Shown here: in pieces, positions 16,285 through 24,229 of the stretch | How positions within the stretch are numbered: the first letter of the stretch is position 1 | How the letters are laid out: every line of letters begins with the position of its first letter | From: an uncultured Opitutales bacterium | Lineage (GTDB): Bacteria; Verrucomicrobiota; Verrucomicrobiia; Opitutales; UBA9783 | Direction of reading: 5' to 3' | Length of the DNA: 32,000 nucleotides | Assembly: GCA_934691225.1 (NCBI GenBank) | Contig: CAKUSQ010000001.1 | Location: 240,001 to 272,000, forward strand | Notes under the pieces: generated by a model | Databases searched by the model: none | What the model was told of the DNA's origin: nothing | The model's input: the letters and a program-made list of their open reading frames with translations, nothing else | Position numbers and translations under genes: made by a program

Positions 16285-17205
16285 TCACGGCTTATTTTGA
16301 TAAGTAATTACTGCTTTAGAACGTAAAAAATCGACATATTCACGAAAATATTGATTATTTACTTCTTCAAGCAAAATTGTTTCTATATCCGACTGAACAT
16401 CCGACAAAGCTTTCACAGTTGCTTCATTTTTATTTAACAATTTAGTAACAACACAAACGCCATTCAAAGTTATGTAAGATGTTGCTTCACCTATTTTCAT
16501 TCCATTTAAACATTCAACCAACGTTTCACTTAGCTCTTTAGAGGTGTACCACGCTGGTTCTGAAGAAAACTCATCTAATGTTTGACTTATAACATCCAAA
16601 GATTTACCTTCTTTTTTCAATTCGCTTAAGTAATCCAATTTCAAAACTGAATTTTCCTCAATAACAATCGTAGAATCTGCCTTAAATCCTGACTGTTGTA
16701 TTAAATATTTTGCAGGTATTTCAAAATCACTTTTGTGTTGCTCGTAATATTCCCGAATTTTTTTAGGACTAATCGCATACTTTTCCGTCATTTTTTGCTG
16801 TTGCATGATATTCGAGATAATAGAAACACGAACTTCTTCTTTTAATCCACCTAAAGAACGTTTATCATCGTGCAAAACTTTAACCAAAGCTCCTCGATTT
16901 CCTTGAAAATTATTTTGTACAATGGCATCCAACTGTGCATCCATTTGTACATCCAAAATTCGACCTTTCTTATCTTGAAAATCTTGTAACAGCAGCTTTT
17001 GCTCTATCATTAATTCCAATGCTTTGTCTTTACTTTCGCCTGATTCAACGGCCATTTGCTGCACCTGAGCTTGCGTAATAAAATCATCATTGACGTAAGC
17101 AGATATTACATTTTTTTCTTCTGTAGAATGGCTATCAGCATATCCTATATTCAATAGGCAACTAAAAATACAAACAAACAAATACCTAACTCCACATTGA
17201 TTCAT
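16285..17205 (-). CDS. SurA/PrsA-like periplasmic chaperone (PPIase region not clearly conserved)
   Basis: Signal peptide (YLFVCIFSCLLNIGYA). SurA-N-like start (ISAYVNDDFITQAQVQQ). YYEQHKSDFEIP in mid-protein and a C-terminal YFREYVDFLRSKAVI. I could not recognise parvulin catalytic residues. Confidence 0.5.
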   Translation of the reverse strand: MNQCGVRYLFVCIFSCLLNIGYADSHSTEEKNVISAYVNDDFITQAQVQQMAVESGESKDKALELMIEQKLLLQDFQDKKGRILDVQMDAQLDAIVQNNFQGNRGALVKVLHDDKRSLGGLKEEVRVSIISNIMQQQKMTEKYAISPKKIREYYEQHKSDFEIPAKYLIQQSGFKADSTIVIEENSVLKLDYLSELKKEGKSLDVISQTLDEFSSEPAWYTSKELSETLVECLNGMKIGEATSYITLNGVCVVTKLLNKNEATVKALSDVQSDIETILLEEVNNQYFREYVDFLRSKAVITYQNKP

Positions 17206-17271
17206 ATGCTTATGAAAAAAATTTTACCTCTTATTTTCAAGCCAAAACAAAATCTTTTTAAACACAGTCTT

Positions 17272-17303
17272 TTAAAAAAGAAGCCTCAGCTTTCACTGAG
17301 GCC
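17272..17303 (-). terminator. Rho-independent terminator downstream of rpsT
   Basis: GCCTCAG (17283-17289) and CTGAGGC (17296-17302) flank a 6-nt loop. Read on the minus strand, the hairpin is followed by TTCTTTTTT. Confidence 0.7.
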
Positions 17304-17325
17304 TCGGATGGGATGGGAGAAAGTA

Positions 17326-17652
17326 TTACTTAGTTTCACTAGCAACTGGTTCTTCGGTCTTAACCTCAACTTTTGCTACTGGAGTCTCAACAGGAGCATT
17401 AGCAATAATTGGTGTTAAACGACTCTTCATACGATTAACTTTATTGGCATGTAACACCCCATGTTTACCTGCCTTATCGATAATCGACATAAATGCAATT
17501 GCTACATCCCTTGAAGCCATGGCATTATTTTCACCTTGCAATTTCTTCAACTTTTTAGAAAATGTTTTTAAACGAGTTTTTTCAGCCTTATTCCTTGCTG
17601 TCAACTTTGCAATTTTCCTAATCGACTTCTTCGATGATTTAATATTCGCCAT
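17326..17652 (-). CDS. rpsT: 30S ribosomal protein S20 with a C-terminal extension
   Basis: MANIKSSKKSIRKIAKLTARNKAEKTRLKT and HANKVNRMKSRL are typical S20 segments. An extra Pro/Val/Glu-rich tail of about 25 aa follows (PIIANAPVETPVAKVEVKTEEPVASETK). Confidence 0.93.
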   Translation of the reverse strand: MANIKSSKKSIRKIAKLTARNKAEKTRLKTFSKKLKKLQGENNAMASRDVAIAFMSIIDKAGKHGVLHANKVNRMKSRLTPIIANAPVETPVAKVEVKTEEPVASETK

Positions 17653-17788
17653 TGGTTTTCAAATTAATACATAACTATAAAAATATTTTATAGAGCGAGG
17701 TGTCAAGCGAATTATCTATTTTTATATAAAAAACAAAATTTATACCAATTTTCTTGATTTCCTATTTTGGGTTTTATAAAAATCAAAT

Positions 17789-18886
17789 ATGTTTCCATAT
17801 CCTGCTGAGCGTCAAATTTTAAACAAAGCAGGCATCATTCCTATACACATCAATTCACACCAATTATTATGCAAAGTACGATGTCCATTTAGCAAAAACA
17901 CATTTCAATTACTAAATTATTTAAGTCAACGTTGCACAAAAAGCTTGCAACTTGAATATGTCGATAAAAAAACATTTCTATCCGATCTAACAACGTTTTC
18001 CACAGCCAATATAACCTCTCAAACACCTTTATTAACTAAACCCATTTCACAAAAACTTAACCAAATCATTCAAGAGGCTTTTGAAGCAAACTGTTCTGAC
18101 ATACATTTTGAACCTCACCGCAATCATTTAGAAATTCATACCCGTAAACAAGGCCAATTAAGATTAGCTGAAACACTTCCATTAACGCTACAACCACCTT
18201 TGCTTAACCTTATAAAATTAAAAGCGCAGATGGATTCGACGGAACATCGGCATCCACAAAACGGTCAGTTTACGCTTTTAATTTCCAATGCAAAAATTGA
18301 ATGTCGTGTATCCACACTTCCGTGTTTACATGGCGAAAGTATCGTAATTCGTTTGCATAACGGGCTTAAAAATGCGCTCCATCACAACGACACTTTACTT
18401 AAAACACAATTTACACAAGCCTTTCAAAAAGTTACACCGGGGTTATGGCTTATTACAGGCCCTATCGGCCATGGGAAAACCACAACCTACTACCGTCTCC
18501 TCAATCAATTATCCAATCAACGCGTTCTAAGTCTTGAAGATCCTATAGAGATTTCACAATCTCGATTTGTACAGCTCAAACTTCCTTCAAACATTATGTC
18601 TGATGATTTTATGCGCAACTTGCTTCGCCAAAGTATTAATGTCGTTGGCATCGGTGAAATTCGAACGCAAGCCCAACTAAAATTGGCGGTTAATGCTGCC
18701 ATCACTGGACATTGTACGTTAGCCACATTTCATGCAAGTTCACTTGAAGACGTTACGCAACGATTGGAAACTTTCGGTTACGATGTTTCTCAACAAAACA
18801 CCTTTCTTAAAGGCATTTTATTCCAATCTTGGACGCATACTTCTCCTAGAACCCTCACATTTAATGAATCTTTGCAAATATCCTAA
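17789..18886 (+). CDS. Divergent GspE/PilB-family ATPase paralog (orphan)
   Basis: P-loop ITGPIGHGKTTT, Asp box VLSLEDPIE, Walker-B region INVVGIGEIRT (Thr where Asp is usual) and His box LATFHA. The N-terminus resembles a T2SSE_N/MshEN-type domain. There is no tetracysteine motif, and the protein is 365 aa. Confidence 0.75.
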   Translation: MFPYPAERQILNKAGIIPIHINSHQLLCKVRCPFSKNTFQLLNYLSQRCTKSLQLEYVDKKTFLSDLTTFSTANITSQTPLLTKPISQKLNQIIQEAFEANCSDIHFEPHRNHLEIHTRKQGQLRLAETLPLTLQPPLLNLIKLKAQMDSTEHRHPQNGQFTLLISNAKIECRVSTLPCLHGESIVIRLHNGLKNALHHNDTLLKTQFTQAFQKVTPGLWLITGPIGHGKTTTYYRLLNQLSNQRVLSLEDPIEISQSRFVQLKLPSNIMSDDFMRNLLRQSINVVGIGEIRTQAQLKLAVNAAITGHCTLATFHASSLEDVTQRLETFGYDVSQQNTFLKGILFQSWTHTSPRTLTFNESLQIS

Positions 18887-19638
18887 TACATTAACGGCAA
18901 TAATTCTTGCTCAGATTCATCTCTCAAAAGAATCTTTTTCAAAAAAGAAGGTCGATGCACCTCACAAGGGCCATACTGACGCAAAGCAACTAGATGCTCC
19001 GCAGTCCCATATCCTTTATTTTTCTCAAAAGAATACAAAGGATACTGTTCAGCCAATGATACCATGTAACGATCACGCATTACTTTAGCAGCAATTGAAG
19101 CTGCTGCAATGCAAAAACTTGAACGATCACCTTTAACAATACCAATATGCCGATAAGGTAATCGTTCTAAAGCGTAACCATCAACAATTACTTGCGATAA
19201 GGACAATTTCTGTGATTGTATTGATGTAAGTAATTGAACCTTCATTACCTTTTGCAAAGCATTTAAAGCGCGTGTAAAAGCTAATGTAGTTGCTCCAAGA
19301 ATATTTTCCGTTTCAATTTCAGACACACTTGCCTCACCAAAAGCAAATTTTAAAGAGGTTGTCATTGAAAGCATTTGTAAATCGTCGAACGCTTTCTTTC
19401 GTTGTTTTTCTGACAAACATTTCGAATCTTGAAAAATAGTTATATCAGGATTTAAACAATACGTTTGAAAAAACATGTAATCGATGCAAACAGCACACGC
19501 AACAACCGGACCTGCTAAAGGACCACGCCCAACCTCATCTGCACCTATAACATACCTGCACGTTTGGTTAAAAAATTTTCCATCAAATGACAACAGATTG
19601 GGAATCTCTGTGCATGACTTTTTCATATAAAATAGCAA
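18883..19638 (-). CDS. rnhB: Ribonuclease HII
   Basis: VIGADEVGRGPLAGPVVACAV, DSKCLSEKQR, ASIAAKVMRD, and KGYGTAEH close to the C-terminus. Confidence 0.9.
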   Translation of the reverse strand: MLFYMKKSCTEIPNLLSFDGKFFNQTCRYVIGADEVGRGPLAGPVVACAVCIDYMFFQTYCLNPDITIFQDSKCLSEKQRKKAFDDLQMLSMTTSLKFAFGEASVSEIETENILGATTLAFTRALNALQKVMKVQLLTSIQSQKLSLSQVIVDGYALERLPYRHIGIVKGDRSSFCIAAASIAAKVMRDRYMVSLAEQYPLYSFEKNKGYGTAEHLVALRQYGPCEVHRPSFLKKILLRDESEQELLPLMY

Positions 19639-19675
19639 ACGGACCTACATAATCTTAAACCCGATTTATAAAAAA

Positions 19676-19753
19676 TGGTCGAGTCAATGAGATTCGAACT
19701 CATGACCCCTTGCACCCCATGCAAGTGCGCTATCCAGGCTGCGCTATGACTCG
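19676..19753 (-). tRNA. tRNA-Pro (anticodon GGG), CCA encoded
   Basis: Hand-folded from the minus strand: acceptor CGAGTCA/TGACTCG, D stem GCGC/GCGC, anticodon stem CTTGC/GCAAG with loop AUGGGGU, variable GGGTC, T arm ATGAG-TTCGAAT-CTCAT, discriminator A, then CCA. 78 nt. Confidence 0.9.
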
Positions 19754-19955
19754 GCCAGTAGACAAAACAACCAAGAATTATGCAAGACACAACCTTAATT
19801 CTTGTCAAGATCGATTTAAAAAAATAAACGATCATTTATCAAAAACACATACGAATCATTATATTTTTGTAAAAGCAAGAAAAAATTTCCAAATGGAAAA
19901 TTTTTCCACCCCTCTTACATCAAAAAATAGGAAAAAAATTACGAAATGATTTTAT

Positions 19956-20010
19956 GTTTTTTCACAAGATTTTTGAAAATTCACTTTTTAAATAAAAAAA
20001 TGTGAAAAAA
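19956..20010. repeat. 11-bp perfect inverted repeat, candidate activator site upstream of the sigma-54-type promoter
   Basis: GTTTTTTCACA (19956-19966) and TGTGAAAAAAC (20000-20010) are exact reverse complements. Their centres are 44 bp apart, and they lie about 30-85 bp upstream of the GG element at 20041-20042. Confidence 0.4.
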
Positions 20011-20039
20011 CCTCTCGAAAAATAAACCGCTTAAAAACT

Positions 20040-20054
20040 TGGCACACTTTTTGC
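20040..20054 (+). promoter_or_regulatory. Sigma-54 (-24/-12) type promoter
   Basis: gGGCAC-ACTTT-TTGCt matches TGGCAC-N5-TTGCW at every core position except the first T, with correct GG-to-GC spacing. The GC lies 15 nt before the ATG at 20070. Confidence 0.5.
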
Positions 20055-20069
20055 TACATCTTACGGTAT

Positions 20070-20483
20070 ATGCATCCTTTAATTATTAGCGGTCTTTCCA
20101 GTATCGGTAGTTCTTTGCTGGAACAAACATTGAGCAAAATTAGAAACAATGAACACGGTGTGTTTAATTTTAAAGCAATTATGCAGCATCTGTCAAGGAA
20201 AGGTTGTGCACGTCAGACGATTCAAAGCATGAAAGCCGACCTTTTAGAAACAATTCAAAATAATCCTTTGCTTAATGAATTTCGTGAAAGCCACAATTCG
20301 GCTATTTCTGTTTCCCAAGACCCACATGGACGTTGTTTATTTAAGGAAAATGGCACACCTATATTGACTTGCTCTCGTGATTCCAATTTGGGCAAAATGG
20401 GACTTGCTTTTTTCAATCTTTCACAACTCGGCATTCCAACCCAAGAACAATCCAAGGAGGTATATCTTGAAAACGTTGCTTAA
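20070..20483 (+). CDS. Hypothetical protein (137 aa)
   Basis: An ORF with no motif I recognise, no TM segment and no obvious Shine-Dalgarno sequence. It lies downstream of the sigma-54-type promoter. Its 3' end overlaps the convergent gmk 3' end by 4 nt. Confidence 0.45.
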   Translation: MHPLIISGLSSIGSSLLEQTLSKIRNNEHGVFNFKAIMQHLSRKGCARQTIQSMKADLLETIQNNPLLNEFRESHNSAISVSQDPHGRCLFKENGTPILTCSRDSNLGKMGLAFFNLSQLGIPTQEQSKEVYLENVA

Positions 20484-21058
20484 ATACGCATTTTCTCTGC
20501 AAAATAAATGCTCTGCAAACAAAGCCAATCGTGCGCTTTGTCTTGACTACACAAATGATAATCAAATTGAGACAAAGTACGCAACTCCGTTTCAGCCATT
20601 TGAAGGCGTCTTTGGATCGTCTGTTCATCGTCGGTTCCGCGCATAATTAATCGATCCTTTAATTCATTTATGGTTACCGGACTTACAAAGATCGTTACTA
20701 ATCGACGCACCAATTCGGACGCTTTATAACTTGCTTTTAACGTTTGTGCTCCTTGTACATCCAAACAAATAATAAGATCTTTTCCGGCAGCCATTTTCAA
20801 AGCTGCTTTTGAAACACCATAAAAATGGTCATATACTTGTGCATGCTCTAAGAATTCATGCTGCTCTAATCGTTTCAAAAAATTATCACGACACTCAAAA
20901 TGATAATCTATGCCATCTACTTCACCAGAACGTGGCAGTCGTGTCGTTGTTGTAACTACTCTTTCAGCTATCTTAACTTCTGATAAAAAACGCCTGCACA
21001 GCGTTGTTTTACCACTACCCGATGTTCCTGTTAATACTAATAATAAATTTTTGTTCAT
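20480..21058 (-). CDS. gmk: Guanylate kinase
   Basis: LTGTSGSGKTTL P-loop and TTTRLPRSGEVDGIDYHF (the GMP-binding TTR.PR.GE.DG.DY.F pattern); 192 aa. Confidence 0.85.
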   Translation of the reverse strand: MNKNLLLVLTGTSGSGKTTLCRRFLSEVKIAERVVTTTTRLPRSGEVDGIDYHFECRDNFLKRLEQHEFLEHAQVYDHFYGVSKAALKMAAGKDLIICLDVQGAQTLKASYKASELVRRLVTIFVSPVTINELKDRLIMRGTDDEQTIQRRLQMAETELRTLSQFDYHLCSQDKAHDWLCLQSIYFAEKMRI

Positions 21059-21059
21059 A

Positions 21060-21599
21060 CTACAAGTACGTTAAACCTATAAGCCCTACACCATAACACA
21101 TGCAAAACAGCCCTATTAATTTCATATATCGGCAATCTTTTTGAAATAAATAAGGAGAAATATCACGCACACGATAAGGATAAACCCCTAAATACATAGC
21201 CAAAATAATTAACAAATAAATTCCCGTTGCGAAAAAAGGCTTCACTACGCCCTCGCTCATGTACGCTATATTCAATAATTTTTCTACACTCATTAAAGTA
21301 AACATAGCAGCCGCACGCACCAAAATAAAATCACTCCAATAAATATAACACCCTAAAAATGTAAAGCCGAACAGAAACATCAATAAATGCTTGTATTCAC
21401 CAAAATCAGGTTCACCTAAGTCACTAAGCTTAAACATAAACCAAGTAACACAAATTACAAACAACATAGTTCCAAGGATTCTATTTCGCAAAAAACCATA
21501 CCAAAGATCTTGCCTAATTTTTACACAAAAAAGTTTTAATAAAAATCCGAAAACGATCAATGCCAGACCTAAAGCGCGTACTAAACCTATTACATTCAT
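21060..21599 (-). CDS. Multi-pass membrane protein of unknown function
   Basis: 179 aa with about 5-6 hydrophobic helices. Its stop lies 1 nt before the gmk start, so co-transcription is likely. Confidence 0.55.
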   Translation of the reverse strand: MNVIGLVRALGLALIVFGFLLKLFCVKIRQDLWYGFLRNRILGTMLFVICVTWFMFKLSDLGEPDFGEYKHLLMFLFGFTFLGCYIYWSDFILVRAAAMFTLMSVEKLLNIAYMSEGVVKPFFATGIYLLIILAMYLGVYPYRVRDISPYLFQKDCRYMKLIGLFCMCYGVGLIGLTYL

Positions 21600-21665
21600 G
21601 AATCTATTTAAGGTAATTTTAAAAAACTATTCAATTCCAAAGATGTATTAATTTCTCTGCGATCA

Positions 21666-21695
21666 AATTCACAAAAACTTTTATAATTCACAAAA
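21666..21695 (+). repeat. Direct repeat AATTCACAAAA x2 in the spacer upstream of tRNA-Gln
   Basis: Identical 11-mers at 21666-21676 and 21685-21695, with starts 19 bp apart. Confidence 0.6.
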
Positions 21696-21759
21696 TCACT
21701 AATTTTTTCTTGACGTAATAAACCACAAATTATTTCATATTAACAATCATTTAAAAAAT

Positions 21760-21833
21760 TGCCCGGTTGTGTAATGGTAGCACAAATGATTTTGGTTCAT
21801 TCTGTCGAGGTTCGAATCCTTGCCGGGCAGCCA
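21760..21833 (+). tRNA. tRNA-Gln (anticodon UUG), CCA encoded
   Basis: Hand-folded: acceptor TGCCCGG/CCGGGCA (U1-A72), D stem GTGT/GCAC, anticodon stem AATGA/TCATT with loop UUUUGGU, T arm CGAGG-TTCGAAT-CCTTG, discriminator G, then CCA. 74 nt. Confidence 0.9.
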
Positions 21834-21846
21834 TTAAAAATTTAAA

Positions 21847-23091
21847 ATGAACATCATCCAAAAATGTTTTGATGCAGAAGTTGCATGTAAAGATTTTCCT
21901 TCTCTTGCTCATCATAACGCTAAAGGAGAACCTATTGTTTACCTTGACAACTCTGCTACAACGCAAAAGCCTTCTTGTGTTATTAAAGCTTTGACAGATT
22001 TCTATTCTCATAACAACGCAAACGTTCATCGCGGTTTTTATGAATGGGGACAATTGGCTACAGAAGCCTATGAAAATACGCGCAATCTCATTGCCAATCT
22101 TCTAGGAACTAATGACCCTAAAGAAATTGTGTTCACACGAGGTGCCACAGAATCCCTGAATTGTATAGCAGAAATTTTTGGACAACGTTATTTGCAACCG
22201 GAAGACGAAATTATTATTTCTGAGTTGGAACACCATTCCAATATAATCCCATGGCAAATGCAGCAAAATAAACGTGGCGTTCATATTAAATCTTGGCCCG
22301 TTGATATAAATGGAAACTTAGACATCTCACAATTAGAAAAGTTGTTGACACCCAAAACCAAATTGTTGGCCGTTACACACGTTTCTAATGTCTTAGGAGC
22401 TATTCCTCCCCTACAAAAAATCATTGAATTAGCACATGCAAATAACACACGTGTTATTGTAGACGCCACACAAGCAGTGGCTCATTTACCCATCAATGTT
22501 AAAGCAATAGATTGTGATTTTTTAGTAGGTTCAGGCCATAAAATGTATGGACCTATGGGTTCTGGATTTTTCTATGGGAAACGTGAAATTCTGGAAGAAC
22601 TTCCCCCTTACCACGGCGGTGGATCCATGATGAAAACAGTTTACATTGATTCTTTTACACCAGCGGATATCCCAAGTCGTTTTGAAGCTGGAACGCCTTC
22701 TGTAGCCGATATTATTGGCCTAGGGAAAGCTATTGAATATTTACAACAGTTCTCTTGGGAAAGCCTCCTTGATTATGAAGAACGCGTGTTAAGCTACGCA
22801 GAACATGTTTTGCAATCCATTCCTCGCGTTAAAATCGTGGGAAATCCACAAAAAAAGACAGCTGTTATATCTTTTTTAGTTGATGGAGTTCATCCACATG
22901 ATGTTGCCACCATCGTTAATGATCATAACATTGCACTTCGGGCAGGATTTCATTGTTGTCAACCTCTTATGCGACGACTTAATTGTCCAAGCGGCGCTGT
23001 TCGAATTTCACTTGGGCTTTATAATACATGCAAAGACATAGATAAACTCGCGGAAGCTTTGCATAATGTTACAACTGTTTTTAAATCATGA
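21847..23091 (+). CDS. sufS: Cysteine desulfurase, SufS (group II) type
   Basis: HRGFY, ELEHHSNIIPWQ, the PLP-Lys segment SGHKMYGPMGSG, and the catalytic Cys segment RAGFHCCQPL. Confidence 0.92.
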   Translation: MNIIQKCFDAEVACKDFPSLAHHNAKGEPIVYLDNSATTQKPSCVIKALTDFYSHNNANVHRGFYEWGQLATEAYENTRNLIANLLGTNDPKEIVFTRGATESLNCIAEIFGQRYLQPEDEIIISELEHHSNIIPWQMQQNKRGVHIKSWPVDINGNLDISQLEKLLTPKTKLLAVTHVSNVLGAIPPLQKIIELAHANNTRVIVDATQAVAHLPINVKAIDCDFLVGSGHKMYGPMGSGFFYGKREILEELPPYHGGGSMMKTVYIDSFTPADIPSRFEAGTPSVADIIGLGKAIEYLQQFSWESLLDYEERVLSYAEHVLQSIPRVKIVGNPQKKTAVISFLVDGVHPHDVATIVNDHNIALRAGFHCCQPLMRRLNCPSGAVRISLGLYNTCKDIDKLAEALHNVTTVFKS

Positions 23092-23564
23092 GTTTACAAG
23101 ATATTTACCAAGAAGTTCTGCTCGCTCACAACGAAAATCCAAACAATTTCCGTGTTTTAGACAAACCTTCCCATTCAGCTCATGGCAGTAATCCTCTCTG
23201 TGGTGATGAATTAAATGTGTATGTAAATGTTCACGAAGGTATTGTAAAAGAACTCACATTTTCAGGGCAAGGGTGTGCTATTTGCAAAGCCTCCGCTTCT
23301 TTGATGACACAAAGTTTGGAAGGTAAAACAACTGAACAAGCGATAAAAGAAGCCGAAGATTTTATTGTTCTGCTTAATGATAAAAATCAAACAGCACCAG
23401 AAAACTTAGGTGAACGAGAAGCTTTACTAGGTGTTCGAAAATTTCCTGCTCGACTTAAATGTGCAACATTAGCTTGGCATGCATTTTTAAAAGCTATGCA
23501 TGCAAATGCAAATTGCCAATGCAACTCCAATGACAAGAACTGTTGCGGATGCTGTTGCCATTAA
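23088..23564 (+). CDS. sufU: SufU/IscU-like Fe-S scaffold or sulfur acceptor with a Cys-rich tail
   Basis: NPLCGDEL, GQGCAICKASAS and RLKCATLAWHA are the three conserved Cys sites of SufU-type proteins. The C-terminus is NANCQCNSNDKNCCGCCCH. Confidence 0.8.
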   Translation: MSLQDIYQEVLLAHNENPNNFRVLDKPSHSAHGSNPLCGDELNVYVNVHEGIVKELTFSGQGCAICKASASLMTQSLEGKTTEQAIKEAEDFIVLLNDKNQTAPENLGEREALLGVRKFPARLKCATLAWHAFLKAMHANANCQCNSNDKNCCGCCCH

Positions 23565-23567
23565 TTT

Positions 23568-24134
23568 ATGCAAGATTGGATCCTAGCTTCCTCTTCAAAA
23601 CGACGCATCCAGTTGTTAGAAGAAATTGGTTTTCATTTTCGATGCATTTCACCAACTGTAGAAGAAGTAAAACAACCAGGTAATCATTCCACCGCTTGGG
23701 TAGCAACAACAAACGCACAACGAAAAGCTCAAGCTGTTTCTGAAGAATATCCAGATGCGTACGTCATTGGAGCTGACACTATCGTTATCATGAATGAAGA
23801 GGTTTTTAACAAACCTAAAGACCTTGCTGAAGCTAAAACTATGCTGCAAAAATTATCTGGAAAAACACATTTAGTCACTACAGCAGTTTCTATTTTGTGC
23901 AAAAACAATCATATAGCATACAATTTTTCAGATACAACACAGGTGCACTTTTCTGAACTTAATACTCATTTTATCGAAAATTACCTGAATTTCGTGCAAC
24001 CACTCGACAAAGCTGGAGGTTACGCTATACAACATCCATTATCCAAATCGTTCATTCGCATAGAAGGCTCTTATGCCAATGTAATGGGATTTCCGATAGA
24101 ATGTTTTCAAAATATTCTAGCAAAATACTTTTAA
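23568..24134 (+). CDS. maf: Maf-family nucleoside triphosphate pyrophosphatase
   Basis: ILASSSKRRIQLL N-terminus, VIGADTIV, KAGGYAIQ and NVMGFP. Confidence 0.88.
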   Translation: MQDWILASSSKRRIQLLEEIGFHFRCISPTVEEVKQPGNHSTAWVATTNAQRKAQAVSEEYPDAYVIGADTIVIMNEEVFNKPKDLAEAKTMLQKLSGKTHLVTTAVSILCKNNHIAYNFSDTTQVHFSELNTHFIENYLNFVQPLDKAGGYAIQHPLSKSFIRIEGSYANVMGFPIECFQNILAKYF

Positions 24135-24229
24135 AAATGCATTGGATAAAATAAAAATAATAGTAGCATCATAAAAATTTTCAATAAAAACACTTGCAAA
24201 AGAATTTTCAATATTTTATTGCATTACGT

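Noticed and set aside
17753-17782. TTGATT ... TATAAA promoter-like hexamers upstream of the second ATPase gene
   Set aside because: The spacing is only about 15 nt, and many equivalent A/T hexamers occur in this spacer. I could not single one out.
19623-19949. ORFs 19623-19835 (-) and 19710-19949 (+)
   Set aside because: Both run through the hand-folded tRNA-Pro gene (19676-19753), and the rest is AT-rich spacer.
19946-20005. 19-codon hydrophobic mini-ORF (MILCFFTRFLKIHFLNKKM) spanning the inverted repeat upstream of the sigma-54-type promoter
   Set aside because: It is tempting as a leader peptide, but it has no Shine-Dalgarno sequence and no conservation evidence, and ORFs this short arise by chance in AT-rich spacers.
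19754-20483. Possible tRNA-Pro-associated genomic islet (tRNA, long AT-rich spacer, orphan ORF)
   Set aside because: There is no integrase, no direct repeat of the tRNA 3' end that I could find, and only one orphan gene. That is not enough to call a mobile element.
21751-22053. 100-aa minus-strand ORF
   Set aside because: It overlaps tRNA-Gln and the 5' end of sufS on the opposite strand.
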